A stretch of 64,000 nt of DNA, taken from positions 18,992 to 82,991 of the forward strand of contig JARYMM010000002.1 of assembly GCA_029907105.1 (NCBI GenBank), given 5' to 3'. Under the pieces are notes generated by a model. The model made no database searches and was not told the DNA's origin. It worked only from the letters and a program-made list of their open reading frames with translations. Position 1 is the stretch's first letter. Each line of letters starts with the position of its first letter. Shown one piece after another: positions 1 to 9,258 of the stretch. The position numbers were made by a program, and so were the translations under genes. This DNA comes from Anaerolineae bacterium. Its GTDB lineage: Bacteria; Chloroflexota; Anaerolineae; UBA3071.

Positions 1-808
1 GCATTTTCTCGTCTCCGAGGCCCATCTGCGGGGCATCGTGGCCGCGGCGGAGCTTGCGCCGGACGATATGGTGCTGGAGATTGGGCCGGGACTGGGCACG
101 CTGACCGCGCGGCTGGCCGCGCAGGCTGGCCACGTCGTGGCCGTGGAGCTGGACGAGCAACTCATCCCTATCCTGCAGCGCACGCTGGCTGGCCACGCCA
201 ACGTCACCATCGTCCACGGCGACATCTTGCAGCTTCAGCCTTCTGACCTGGTTTCACGTTGCACGCTTCAGGTTTCAGGTCCACTCGAAACCCGAAACGC
301 GAACCCCGAAACCTACAAAGTCGTTGCTAACCTGCCTTACTACATCACCTCCGCCGTATTGCGCCATCTGCTGGAGGCGGAGCCGCCGCCGCATTTGCTG
401 GTGCTGACCGTGCAGCAGGAGGTGGCGGAGCGCATCTGCGCCGCGCCGCCGGAGATGAGCCTGCTGGCGGTGAGCGTGCAGTTCTACGCTGAGCCGGAGC
501 TGGTGCAGCGCATTCCGGCAGGGGCCTTCTATCCCCGGCCCAAGGTGGACTCAGGCGTAGTGCGGCTCAGGCTTCGGCCACAGCCGGCAGCGGCGGTGGG
601 GGACGTGGAGCGCTTCTTCGAGATCGTGCGGGCCGGCTTCGGGCAGCGGCGCAAGCAGTTGCGCAACGCCCTGGCCCACGGCCTGGGGCAGCCGGCGGCG
701 GAGGTGGCCGCGGCGCTGGAACGGGCAGGCATCGAGCCCCGCCGCCGGGCGGAAACGCTGACCCTGACGGAATGGGGACAGGTGTATCGCCAACTGAATG
801 GCGGATGA
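1..808 (+). CDS. rsmA: 16S rRNA (adenine1518/1519-N6)-dimethyltransferase RsmA/KsgA; 5' end lies outside the window
   Basis: The ORF 38..808 stays open in the same frame back to nt 2 (HFLVSEAHLRGIV...). It has the SAM motif VLEIGPGLGTLT and the conserved NLPYYITS motif. Confidence 0.85.
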   Translation, partial: HFLVSEAHLRGIVAAAELAPDDMVLEIGPGLGTLTARLAAQAGHVVAVELDEQLIPILQRTLAGHANVTIVHGDILQLQPSDLVSRCTLQVSGPLETRNANPETYKVVANLPYYITSAVLRHLLEAEPPPHLLVLTVQQEVAERICAAPPEMSLLAVSVQFYAEPELVQRIPAGAFYPRPKVDSGVVRLRLRPQPAAAVGDVERFFEIVRAGFGQRRKQLRNALAHGLGQPAAEVAAALERAGIEPRRRAETLTLTEWGQVYRQLNGG

Positions 809-939
809 ACGGGGCGCCGTCCGATTTGACAGCTTCATGGATATGATGAAGACCTCCTGGCGCTTGGGAACTTTGAGGGTATTGAGATTATAGACGCGTG
901 CCTTCTTGGAGCGATTGGGAGCGTGAGAGGAGTAGGCTG

Positions 940-2709
940 ATGAAACTCGGCTTCTCGGTCAAGGTACTGGGCCGGCCCGGCCTCAAGTCGCATGACACCC
1001 GCCGCTGGCAGAACCATCCCCACCTCAGCGTCAGCCTGGTCTACCTGCGTGACATCTTCGCCTACCTGCGGCAGCAGGGAATCCGCATGTACCGCATGGC
1101 CTCCGAACTGGCCCCTTACCTCACCCACCCCGTCATGGGGCAGTTTCACCATCAGATTGACGAATGCCAGACGGAGCTGGCTGCCGTGGGGGAGATCGCC
1201 CGCGCCGACGGGCTGCGGCTTTCCTTTCATCCCGGTTCGCATGTCGTGCTCAACGCCCCTGACGAGGCCGTAGCTGCCAGGAGCCGGGCGGACCTGGTCG
1301 CCCTGGCACGGCTTCTGGAAGGCATGGGCCTGGGCCCGGAGGCGATGATCGTCGTGCATGTAGGCGGCGTGTATGATGACCGCCAGGCGGCGATGGCGCG
1401 CTTCGTCGAGGCCATCGGCCAACTGCCGGAAGCCACGCGGCGGCGGCTGGCGCTGGAGCATGATGATGCCCACTTCTCGCTGAGCGACTGCTATCGGCTG
1501 CACCAACACACGGGCCTGCCCCTGGTCTACGATCACCAACACCACCTGGTGCACAACCCGGAGCGGTTGCCAGCAGGCGAGGCGCTGCGATTGGCACTGA
1601 GCACCTGGCCGGCGGGCGTGCGCCCCAAGGTGCACTTCAGTTCGCCGCGCACGGAGATGCGCCTGGTGGAACGGGCCAACCCGGACGGCGGTCAGCGGTC
1701 ATTGCTCCAGCCGCCCCTCTGGACGCAACACGCCGACTACATCAACCCCTTCGAGTTCATCGCCTTCCTGCGCCTGGCGGAGGGGCTTCCGGACTTCGAC
1801 GTGTTGCTGGAGTGCAAGGCCAAGGACCTGGCCCTGCTGCGCTTGCGGGCCGACCTGGCCCGCTACGCGCCGGAACTGGCGGTCAGGCTGGAAGGCGTCG
1901 AATCCCTCCGTTTGGCCGAGGCGCGGGAACTGTACGAGGCGGAGATGGAGAGCCTGGAGGGGGTACAGCCGGACGAAGTGCGGGTGCTGGTAGTGGTGGT
2001 GAACAATCGCCGCGATTTCGAGCTGGCCCGCCGAGAGGGCTGGTACCGCATTCCCGTCAAACGGGCGCCGCCCCAGGTGGGCGCCGACATCCTGGCCTTC
2101 TACCAGACGGCGGCCTTTGGGCCGGAGGAGCGCTGGGCGGTGAACACCTATGCCCTCGTAAAGCGCTACCGCATCGTCACTCGCGCCGAGCTACTGCCCG
2201 AGGAAGCCGATCACCCGCGGGCCGGCGACCGCTACTTCAAGGTGGAGATCGGCCCGCTGCAAAAGCTGCCCCGACCGGTGCCCAGCCGGCGGCTGCGGCG
2301 CATCACCTTCATCCCCACCACGCTGGAACGGCTGCTGCATGCCGAAGAGATCAACGACCTCTGGCTGGGCAACCCCCTGCAGGAGCGGCTGTGGGCAGCG
2401 TTGAAAGCGGAGGAGATTGCTGCTGAGCGGGAGGTGGAGGTGCCGGAGGTGCTGGCCACGGAGGCCGCCGATTTCGTCATCCCCTGCGCTGAGGGAGAGG
2501 TGATAGTCCTTTGCGGCGGAAGGGTGTTGGGGGAAGGAATGCACACGCTGCGAGAGGAAGGTATCAGCTATGGCACCGCAGCGCGGCAGGTGATCTTGCG
2601 CTTCAACACCCGGCAAATAGCCGAAGCCCTGTCGGACTGCGTGACCGCCGTCGCCGAGGCCATCGCTCGCCTGGGCGGTCTGGCGGGCCAAAACCGCTCT
2701 CTTCCCTGA
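940..2709 (+). CDS. uvdE: UV-damage endonuclease UvdE (N-terminal ~300 aa) fused to a ~290-aa C-terminal extension of unknown function
   Basis: MKLGFSVKVLG...HPGSHVVLN...HDDAHF matches the UvdE TIM-barrel. ATG 940 is preceded by GAGAGGAG. A single 589-aa ORF runs through to TGA 2707..2709. Confidence 0.75.
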   Translation: MKLGFSVKVLGRPGLKSHDTRRWQNHPHLSVSLVYLRDIFAYLRQQGIRMYRMASELAPYLTHPVMGQFHHQIDECQTELAAVGEIARADGLRLSFHPGSHVVLNAPDEAVAARSRADLVALARLLEGMGLGPEAMIVVHVGGVYDDRQAAMARFVEAIGQLPEATRRRLALEHDDAHFSLSDCYRLHQHTGLPLVYDHQHHLVHNPERLPAGEALRLALSTWPAGVRPKVHFSSPRTEMRLVERANPDGGQRSLLQPPLWTQHADYINPFEFIAFLRLAEGLPDFDVLLECKAKDLALLRLRADLARYAPELAVRLEGVESLRLAEARELYEAEMESLEGVQPDEVRVLVVVVNNRRDFELARREGWYRIPVKRAPPQVGADILAFYQTAAFGPEERWAVNTYALVKRYRIVTRAELLPEEADHPRAGDRYFKVEIGPLQKLPRPVPSRRLRRITFIPTTLERLLHAEEINDLWLGNPLQERLWAALKAEEIAAEREVEVPEVLATEAADFVIPCAEGEVIVLCGGRVLGEGMHTLREEGISYGTAARQVILRFNTRQIAEALSDCVTAVAEAIARLGGLAGQNRSLP

Positions 2710-2745
2710 TCACGCTTCACGCATCACGTTTCACGCATCACGTAC
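2710..2745. repeat. REP-like element (family F4) built from CACGCATCACG units
   Basis: TCACGCTTCACGCATCACGTTTCACGCATCACGTACGG lies between the uvdE stop and the next gene. Confidence 0.7.
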
Positions 2746-2757
2746 GGAGTGTGACCC

Positions 2758-3549
2758 ATGCCTCAACCATCTCACCTGAGCACTGACCCTTTCTTCTTCG
2801 ACGGTGGCCCTGTGGGTATGCTGCTCATCCACGGCTTCACCGGCGCGCCGACGGAGATGCGGCCCATGGGCGAATACCTGGCTGCCCGTGGGCTGACCGT
2901 GGCCGGCGTGCGGCTGCCAGGGCACGGCACGACGCCGGAAGAACTGGCCCGCACCACCCGCCAGGAGTGGATCGCCGCCTGCGAGGCGGAGCTGGCCAGG
3001 CTGCGCGCCCGCTGTCCGACGCTCTTTGTCGGCGGCCTGTCGCTGGGGGCCCTGCTGACCCTCTGGCTGGGTGCCCATCACGACGACCTGGCGGGACTGA
3101 TCCTGCTGGCTCCGGCGGTCAAAGTGCGGGATTGGCGGATGCGCTTCACCCCCATCGCCAGGTATTTCATCAAGTACTCGCCGGTGGATTCCGCAGCGGA
3201 GAGTGACCTCGAGGATCCCGGGGCACTCGACCGCGTCTGGTGCTACGACACCCGACCCATCGCCGCCGCTGCCGAGGTGTATGCCCTGCAGCGCTGGGTG
3301 CAACGGGCGCTGCCCCGCATCAGGCAACCCGCGCTGATCATCCAGGGGAGGCGTGACCGTGCGCTCACGCCCGACGCGGCGCAGTTCACCTACGAGCGCA
3401 TCGGCTCGGCAGACAGGACGCTGATCTGGCTGGAGCATTCGGGGCATAATATTCTGGTGGACGGCGAGCGGGAGGAGGTCTGGGAAAAGAGCTATAGCTG
3501 GATCAGAGAGAGGATGGGGGAAGCACAGGAAACAATTCGTGTTGCGTGA
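2758..3549 (+). CDS. alpha/beta-hydrolase, carboxylesterase/monoacylglycerol-lipase-like
   Basis: Has HGFTG (oxyanion hole) and GLSLGA (nucleophile elbow) motifs. 263 aa. Confidence 0.7.
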   Translation: MPQPSHLSTDPFFFDGGPVGMLLIHGFTGAPTEMRPMGEYLAARGLTVAGVRLPGHGTTPEELARTTRQEWIAACEAELARLRARCPTLFVGGLSLGALLTLWLGAHHDDLAGLILLAPAVKVRDWRMRFTPIARYFIKYSPVDSAAESDLEDPGALDRVWCYDTRPIAAAAEVYALQRWVQRALPRIRQPALIIQGRRDRALTPDAAQFTYERIGSADRTLIWLEHSGHNILVDGEREEVWEKSYSWIRERMGEAQETIRVA

Positions 3550-3589
3550 TCCGTGTTGTATGAGGTCACGTTTCACGCATCACGCGTCA
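3544..3589. repeat. family F4 REP-like element between convergent genes
   Basis: GCGTGATCCGTG (inverted unit) ... TCACGTTTCACGCATCACGCGTCA. Confidence 0.7.
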
Positions 3590-3593
3590 TGTC

Positions 3594-4682
3594 TCAGTAA
3601 TCCCGCGAGAGCAGGTGGCGGTTGCCGATGTGCACACGGGTCAGCCCGGCAGCGCGGGCGGCGGCCTCTGCCTCCTCGGCGTGGCGCACGGAGGTGCAGG
3701 GCAGGTCGGGCATGTAGAAGTGGGGGCCGAAGCCGAGGAGCGAGTAGGGGATGGTGGGGTCCAACCCGGCGATGAAGCGGGCAATGCGCCCCACCTCTTC
3801 GGCATCCACGTAGCCGGGCACCAGCAGCGTGCTGGCAACGACCAGTGGCGGCTCCGGCCGTTCGGCAGCCCGGCGGGCCACACGGGCGAAGTTGGCCAGC
3901 GTTCCCCGGTTGGAGATGCCCGTCAGCGCCCGGTGCAGGTTCTCGTCGTAGGCCTTGAGGTCAAATTTGACGCAGCCTCCCGTACGCCGCGAGAGTTCGA
4001 CGGCGCGATCCAACAGTTTGGGGTTCTCGCTGCCGTTGGTCTCCCAGCAGATAGCCACGCCCCGTTCGGCCAGCCGTGTGGAGGCCGCCAGGGCGTGCGG
4101 CATCTGGCTGGCGGGGTCGCCGCCGAAATAGCAGACGCAGTAGGTGTGCGCGTTGGCGGTTGCTGCCAGTTCTGCGGCGCTCAGGCCCTGGCTGCGTGCC
4201 AGGTCCACCTGGCGATAGTGCCAGTTCTGACAGAAGAGACAGTCGGCGGTGCAACTGCAATAGAAGACGGCCAGGTTGTGGTAGCCCCGCTGACGGTGGC
4301 CGGCGCAGACCCAGTCGGCGACGCAGTTGGTGGGCAGCGGATCGCGGTACCAGTGCAGGATGCCCCGCTCTGGCGTGCCCGCCAGGTGGCGCAGCCGTCC
4401 CCCCTGGTTCACCCGCAACCCGCAGAAACCCCGCTCCCCCTCGCCCATCTGACAGCCGTTGGCGCAGAGCGGGCAGCGCACGCCGCCTGCCGTGCGCGGC
4501 GGGGCCTCGGGCAGGCCGAATTCGCGGCGCGCCTCGGCGTGGGCCTGTGCCGCCCGCGGCAACGCCTCATCCGGCCGTTGGCGGATGCAATCCGCGCACA
4601 CCCCCAGATGGGCGGCGATGAGGGGCGAACTCCGCCCGCACACAGCGCAGGTGGTCGAGGTCAGGATGCCGTAGTCGAACAT
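3594..4682 (-). CDS. radical SAM enzyme, AmmeMemoRadiSam-system (AmrS)/PFL-activase-like
   Basis: Has an N-terminal Cys cluster and the motif CSCTADCLFCQNW (CxxxCxxC followed by FCQN) typical of the AmrS family. 362 aa. Confidence 0.55.
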   Translation of the reverse strand: MFDYGILTSTTCAVCGRSSPLIAAHLGVCADCIRQRPDEALPRAAQAHAEARREFGLPEAPPRTAGGVRCPLCANGCQMGEGERGFCGLRVNQGGRLRHLAGTPERGILHWYRDPLPTNCVADWVCAGHRQRGYHNLAVFYCSCTADCLFCQNWHYRQVDLARSQGLSAAELAATANAHTYCVCYFGGDPASQMPHALAASTRLAERGVAICWETNGSENPKLLDRAVELSRRTGGCVKFDLKAYDENLHRALTGISNRGTLANFARVARRAAERPEPPLVVASTLLVPGYVDAEEVGRIARFIAGLDPTIPYSLLGFGPHFYMPDLPCTSVRHAEEAEAAARAAGLTRVHIGNRHLLSRDY

Positions 4683-4702
4683 GGTGAATTCGTCTTGAGA
4701 AT

Positions 4703-4785
4703 GCGCGATACGTGATCCGTGATGCGTGTTGCGCGATTTACGATGCGGGGTTACGTTTCACGCATCACGCATTACGCATCACGCC
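4703..4785. repeat. family F4 REP-like element, largest copy, with inverted (ACGTGATCCGTGATGCGTG) and direct (ACGTTTCACGCATCACGCATTACGCATCACGCC) units able to form a long hairpin
   Basis: Lies between the radical-SAM gene start and the EF-G gene end. Confidence 0.75.
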
Positions 4786-4786
4786 C

Positions 4787-6892
4787 TCACCGTTTCGGGA
4801 CCTTGCCCTCCTCTTTCCTCCGCTCGATCACCTGCTCGGCCAGGCTGTCGGGCAGCAGGTCGTAGCGGGCAAATTCCAGGGTGAAGGTGCCACGGCCGGA
4901 GGTCAGGCTGCGCAGGGTCGTGGCGTAGCCAAAGGTTTCGGCCAACGGCACTTCGCCTTCCACGTGACGCATATCCCCGCGCGGGCGCAGGTCCCTCACC
5001 AGGCCGCGCCGCTGGCTCAGGTCGCCCACGACGGCGCCCACGTGTTCCTCGCCGACGGTCATGTCCAGGGACATGATCGGTTCGAGCAGCGCAGGGCGGG
5101 CCTGGCGCACCGCCTGGCGCACGGCCATAGAGCCGGCGATCTCGAAGTCCATAGCCGCCGAGTCCACCTCGTGAAAGCGGCCGCCCAGCAGCGTCACCCG
5201 CACGTCGGTGACCGGATAGCCGGCAAGGATGCCTCTTTCCAGCGCCTGGCGTACCCCCATCTCCGTAGGGCGCACGAAATCGCGGGGGAACTCGGCGGGC
5301 GGCGCTGCGTTCTCGAAGATGACCCCCGCGCCCCGCTCCAGCGGCTCAACGCGCACCTGCACCTCGGCAAAGTGGCCGCGGCCGCCGGTCTGCTTCTTGT
5401 AGCGCCCCACGGCCTCGGCGGTGCCGCGCACCGTCTCGCGGTAGGAAACCTGCGGCGGGCTGACCCGCGGCCTGACGCCGAACTCCCGCCGCAGCCGCTC
5501 CACGGCAATCTCCAGGTGCAGTTCGCCCATGCCGGCCAGCGTCTGCTCGTCCGTCTCCGCGTCGAAGCGACCGATCAGAGTGGGGTCTTCGGTGCATAGC
5601 CGCGCCACGGCCTGGCTGAGTTTCTCCCGTTCCTCTGCGGAGGCGGGCGTCAGGGCCACGGCGATGACCGGCTCCGGAAAGCGCAAGGTCTCCAGGACGA
5701 TGGGGTGCGCGGGATCGCAGAGTGTGTCGCCGGTGATGGCCGACTTGACGCCCACCAGGGCCACCACATCGCTGGCCGCCATGTGGTCCACCTGCTCGCG
5801 CTGGTTGCCGTGTATGCGGTAGATGCGGCCCACCCGCTCCTGGACATCGGCGCGAGGGTTGTAGACCATCTCCCCTACCCGCAGCGCGCCGGAAAAGACA
5901 CGTACCCAGGTGAGATGTCCCACGTGGGGGTCGGTGACGATTTTGAAGGCCGCCGCGCACAGCGGAGCGGAGGGGTCATCGGGCCGCTCGATGACCTCCT
6001 CTTCGTCGCCGGGGAGGGTGCCCAGCACAGGGGGCATGTCCACCGGCGCCGGCAGGTAGGCGACGATGGCGTCGAGCAGCGGTTGCACGCCGATGCGCTG
6101 GCGTGAGGCACCGCAGAGCACGGGCACCAGCTTGCCGGCGATGGTGGCGCGGCGCAGCGCCGCCTGGATCACGGCCACGTCAGGTTCAGGCCCCTCCAGG
6201 CATTGTTCCAGCAGTGTCTCATCCGTCTCGCAGATGGTGTCCACAAGCTTCTGCCGGGCCTCGGCGACCTGGGCGCGCAGGGTGGCGGGAACGGGTTCCA
6301 CCGTGGGATCGTCGGCGCCGGCGCGCCATAGAAGCGCCTGCTGGCTGAGCAGGTCCACGACGCCGGTGAAGGCAGCCTCGCGGCCGATGGGCAGTTGCAG
6401 GGGCACGGCGCGGGGGGTGAGCCGCTCGCGCACCTCGGCCAGCACACGGTCGAAGTCGGCGCCCAGCCGGTCGAGCTTGTTGATGAAAATGATGCGGGCC
6501 AGGTTCTCGCGGTTGGCGTGCCTCCAGACGGCCTCGGTTTGCGGCTCCACGCCGCCGACGCCGCACAACAGGACGACGGCTCCGTCAATGACGCGGATGG
6601 AGCGCACCACTTCGGCGGTGAAGTCAATGTGGCCGGGCGTGTCAATCAGGTTGATGCGGTGGCCGCGCCAGTGACAGGCGGTGGCAGCGGAGGTGATGGT
6701 GATGCCCCGCTCTCGTTCCTGCTCCATCCAGTCCAGTTGAGTGTCGCCGGCGTCCACACTGCCCAGGCGGTGCGTGCGGCCCGTGTAGTAGAGAATCGCC
6801 TCCGACGTGGTTGTCTTACCGGCGTCTACGTGGGCGAAGATGCCGATGATGCGTACTTTCTCGATGGGGGCTTCTTGCCTTTTTGCGCTCAT
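4787..6892 (-). CDS. fusA: translation elongation factor G (EF-G family GTPase); stand-alone copy outside the str operon, so probably an EF-G2-type paralog
   Basis: Has AHVDAGKTT (G1 motif) and DTPGHIDF, with full EF-G domain length. 701 aa. Confidence 0.9.
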   Translation of the reverse strand: MSAKRQEAPIEKVRIIGIFAHVDAGKTTTSEAILYYTGRTHRLGSVDAGDTQLDWMEQERERGITITSAATACHWRGHRINLIDTPGHIDFTAEVVRSIRVIDGAVVLLCGVGGVEPQTEAVWRHANRENLARIIFINKLDRLGADFDRVLAEVRERLTPRAVPLQLPIGREAAFTGVVDLLSQQALLWRAGADDPTVEPVPATLRAQVAEARQKLVDTICETDETLLEQCLEGPEPDVAVIQAALRRATIAGKLVPVLCGASRQRIGVQPLLDAIVAYLPAPVDMPPVLGTLPGDEEEVIERPDDPSAPLCAAAFKIVTDPHVGHLTWVRVFSGALRVGEMVYNPRADVQERVGRIYRIHGNQREQVDHMAASDVVALVGVKSAITGDTLCDPAHPIVLETLRFPEPVIAVALTPASAEEREKLSQAVARLCTEDPTLIGRFDAETDEQTLAGMGELHLEIAVERLRREFGVRPRVSPPQVSYRETVRGTAEAVGRYKKQTGGRGHFAEVQVRVEPLERGAGVIFENAAPPAEFPRDFVRPTEMGVRQALERGILAGYPVTDVRVTLLGGRFHEVDSAAMDFEIAGSMAVRQAVRQARPALLEPIMSLDMTVGEEHVGAVVGDLSQRRGLVRDLRPRGDMRHVEGEVPLAETFGYATTLRSLTSGRGTFTLEFARYDLLPDSLAEQVIERRKEEGKVPKR

Positions 6893-7020
6893 ATTCTTTT
6901 GCCCTCGGTTGTATCTGTTACCTCTTGTCCGTTTCCGTTTTCCGGTTTATGGTGAATCTCATTATACCCCATCAGGGTGGAACGTCAAAGAACTGCACTG
7001 AGGGCTCGGCAGTGGTCAGT

Positions 7021-7049
7021 TTGCTCACCGGCGATACCCGTGCTATACT
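7021..7049 (+). promoter_or_regulatory. sigma70-type promoter, TTGCTC-17-TATACT with TGc extended -10, upstream of the 7078 gene
   Basis: The -35 is at 7021..7026, the -10 at 7044..7049 and the spacer is 17 nt. An AAGGAGG ribosome-binding site lies 6 nt before ATG 7078. Confidence 0.55.
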
Positions 7050-7077
7050 TTAAATAGCAATCTCCAAGGAGGATGCC

Positions 7078-8283
7078 ATGATCCGTAATCTCAGAGTGTA
7101 CGAAGTTGACATCGCCAACCGCCGGGATCGCAAGCGGTTCATCAAGGTCCCCTGGAAGGTCTACAAGGGCGATCGCTACTGGGTGCCGCCGCTGATCAGC
7201 GAGCGTATGGAGTTCCTTGACCCCGAGAAGAACCCCTCTTTCGAGCATATAGAGGCAGCCTTCTTCCTGGCCGAGGGTTTCGTGACCGGGAGACCAATTG
7301 CCTCAACAGGACCTGGATTGCCTCTGGCTGTGGGTGAGGAGCAGGAATTGGGCAGCATTTGCGCCTTCGTCAACCATCGCCACAATGAGTTTCACAATGA
7401 ACAGGTGGGCTTCTTTGGCTTCTTCGAGACGGTCAATGCCCCCGAGGTGGCCGAAGCGCTGCTGCAGACGGCCTGCGACTGGGTGCGAGAGCGGGGCATG
7501 ACCGCCATCCGCGGCCCGGCCAACTTCACCGGCAACGACGACGCCTACGGCATGCTGGTGGACGGCTTCAACGCCCGCCCCGTGGTGCTGATGAGCTACA
7601 ATCCCCCCTACTACCCGGAGATGGTGGAGGCTTTCGGCTTTCAGAAGGCCATGGACCTGTGGGCCTGGTACGTGGATACGGCCCGTTACGGCAGGAATCT
7701 GGAAAACCTGCCTCCCAAGCTGGTGCGCATCGTGGAAAAGGTGCGCGAGCGAACGAACGTCCACGTTCGCAAGATCAACCTGGACGATTGGGACGCCGAA
7801 GTGGAGCGGGTCAAGAAGGTTTACAACTCGGCCTGGGAGCTGAACTGGGGCTTCGTGCCGCTGACCGACGCCGAGATGGATCACATCGCCGCCGGGCTGC
7901 GGCAGTTCATTGCCCCCGACGTTATCTTCATGGCCGAGATTGACGGGGAGCCGGTGGGCTTCAGCCTGCCGCTGCCGGACATGTGCATCCCCTTGCAGCA
8001 CATGAACGGGCGGCTCTTTCCCATCGGCTGGCTGAAGTACCTGTGGTACAGGCGCAGGATTGATTGGCTGCGCGTTTTCGCTCTGGGGGTGGTCAAAGAG
8101 CACCGCGGGCGGGGCATTGACGCGCTGCTCTACTACGAGACGGCCAGGGCGGCTGTCCCCAAAGGCTACCGCCACGTGGAGATGTCCTGGATCCTGGAGA
8201 ACAACGACATGATGAACCGCGCCATCCAGATGTTCGGCGCCGAGGTGTACAAGACCTATCGCATCTATGAAATGCTGCTATGA
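7078..8283 (+). CDS. hypothetical protein with a C-terminal GNAT-type acyl-CoA N-acyltransferase fold
   Basis: The C-terminal HRGRGIDALLYYE resembles GNAT motif A. No closer assignment is possible by eye. 401 aa. Confidence 0.5.
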   Translation: MIRNLRVYEVDIANRRDRKRFIKVPWKVYKGDRYWVPPLISERMEFLDPEKNPSFEHIEAAFFLAEGFVTGRPIASTGPGLPLAVGEEQELGSICAFVNHRHNEFHNEQVGFFGFFETVNAPEVAEALLQTACDWVRERGMTAIRGPANFTGNDDAYGMLVDGFNARPVVLMSYNPPYYPEMVEAFGFQKAMDLWAWYVDTARYGRNLENLPPKLVRIVEKVRERTNVHVRKINLDDWDAEVERVKKVYNSAWELNWGFVPLTDAEMDHIAAGLRQFIAPDVIFMAEIDGEPVGFSLPLPDMCIPLQHMNGRLFPIGWLKYLWYRRRIDWLRVFALGVVKEHRGRGIDALLYYETARAAVPKGYRHVEMSWILENNDMMNRAIQMFGAEVYKTYRIYEMLL

Positions 8284-8347
8284 GTATGGCACTTTAGAGG
8301 CCCATATCCCGAATTCACCTTTGGCCATGAGCAAACCATGGGCATCC

Positions 8348-8758
8348 CTATTCGTGCTCCCTTAATTTGCCTTTGAGTTCTCTCGCCGTTCCTAAGACAT
8401 GTTCTGCTCCTTCTCTCGCCTCTTTGGCCTGCTCTGGACCATAGAGCCGATCCATGTAGAAAGCGGGAGCACGCTCTCTGGCCAACATGGAGGACGTTCG
8501 CTTTATCCGATCCAACGTTTCTATCTCAACTTTGATCCCCTTCTCTCGGCAAGCGCGCTCGAAAATATCGCCCACATCGTGCTCCTTCGGATATTCGACC
8601 CCCATCATCTTGAGAAGCCCCTTCAAAGAGAGTTCGACCACTTCCTGAGCTCTTCTCACCACTGTGTTCCAGGACTTTCTCTCGTAAGCCCGGAGCATCT
8701 CTTCATGATACTCCTCGGCTTCGTTGAGGAGCTTATTCCCTAACTCGAAGTTGTTCAT
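8348..8758 (-). CDS. hepT: HEPN-domain toxin (HepT-like) of a type VII HEPN/MNT toxin-antitoxin pair
   Basis: It is a small helical protein. Its ATG 8758 overlaps the upstream mntA stop codon by 4 nt (ATGA). The locus is low-GC. Confidence 0.7.
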   Translation of the reverse strand: MNNFELGNKLLNEAEEYHEEMLRAYERKSWNTVVRRAQEVVELSLKGLLKMMGVEYPKEHDVGDIFERACREKGIKVEIETLDRIKRTSSMLARERAPAFYMDRLYGPEQAKEAREGAEHVLGTARELKGKLREHE

Positions 8759-9258
8759 AGCTCGATCACCTCGCCCGGCTTCCAAGCAGGCTTCAAGTCC
8801 CAGTACCACTTTCCACTTTCCAAAATCACCTTTTTGGAGCCAAGTTCCGCAAGCCTTCTCCTTAACGCCTCGAGCCTCTCCCTCAAAAGCCCGCTATCGT
8901 AGAGTATTATCCCTTCGTCCAGGAGATCCAGGAGGATATGAGGGCTTTCCCAAAGTTCCTTCGCCGTCATGAATACCGGGTAAGGATCTGGATTCAAGCC
9001 TCTTTCCTTTAACACCCTGTACTCCTCGCTGCGCTTTAATTCAAAAAGGATGTCTACAAATCTGCTCGTCGGGTTGAACCTCACTCCCTTGTGGACAATG
9101 AGGATGTCAATATCGCTATCCGGCTTCGCCTCACCTCTAGCCACAGAACCGAAAACAGCGAAGGAGAGAATGGTGTCCTCACCGAATCTCGCTTTCAGCT
9201 CTTTCAGCAAGAGTCTCAAAAAGGCTTCGTAAGTCTCGAAACCCACATAGCCAGTCAT
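8755..9258 (-). CDS. mntA: minimal nucleotidyltransferase (MNT) antitoxin, MntA-like
   Basis: Has the GSVARGEAKPDSDIDILIV motif (GS...D.D polymerase-beta-type nucleotidyltransferase signature). Confidence 0.8.
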   Translation of the reverse strand: MTGYVGFETYEAFLRLLLKELKARFGEDTILSFAVFGSVARGEAKPDSDIDILIVHKGVRFNPTSRFVDILFELKRSEEYRVLKERGLNPDPYPVFMTAKELWESPHILLDLLDEGIILYDSGLLRERLEALRRRLAELGSKKVILESGKWYWDLKPAWKPGEVIEL

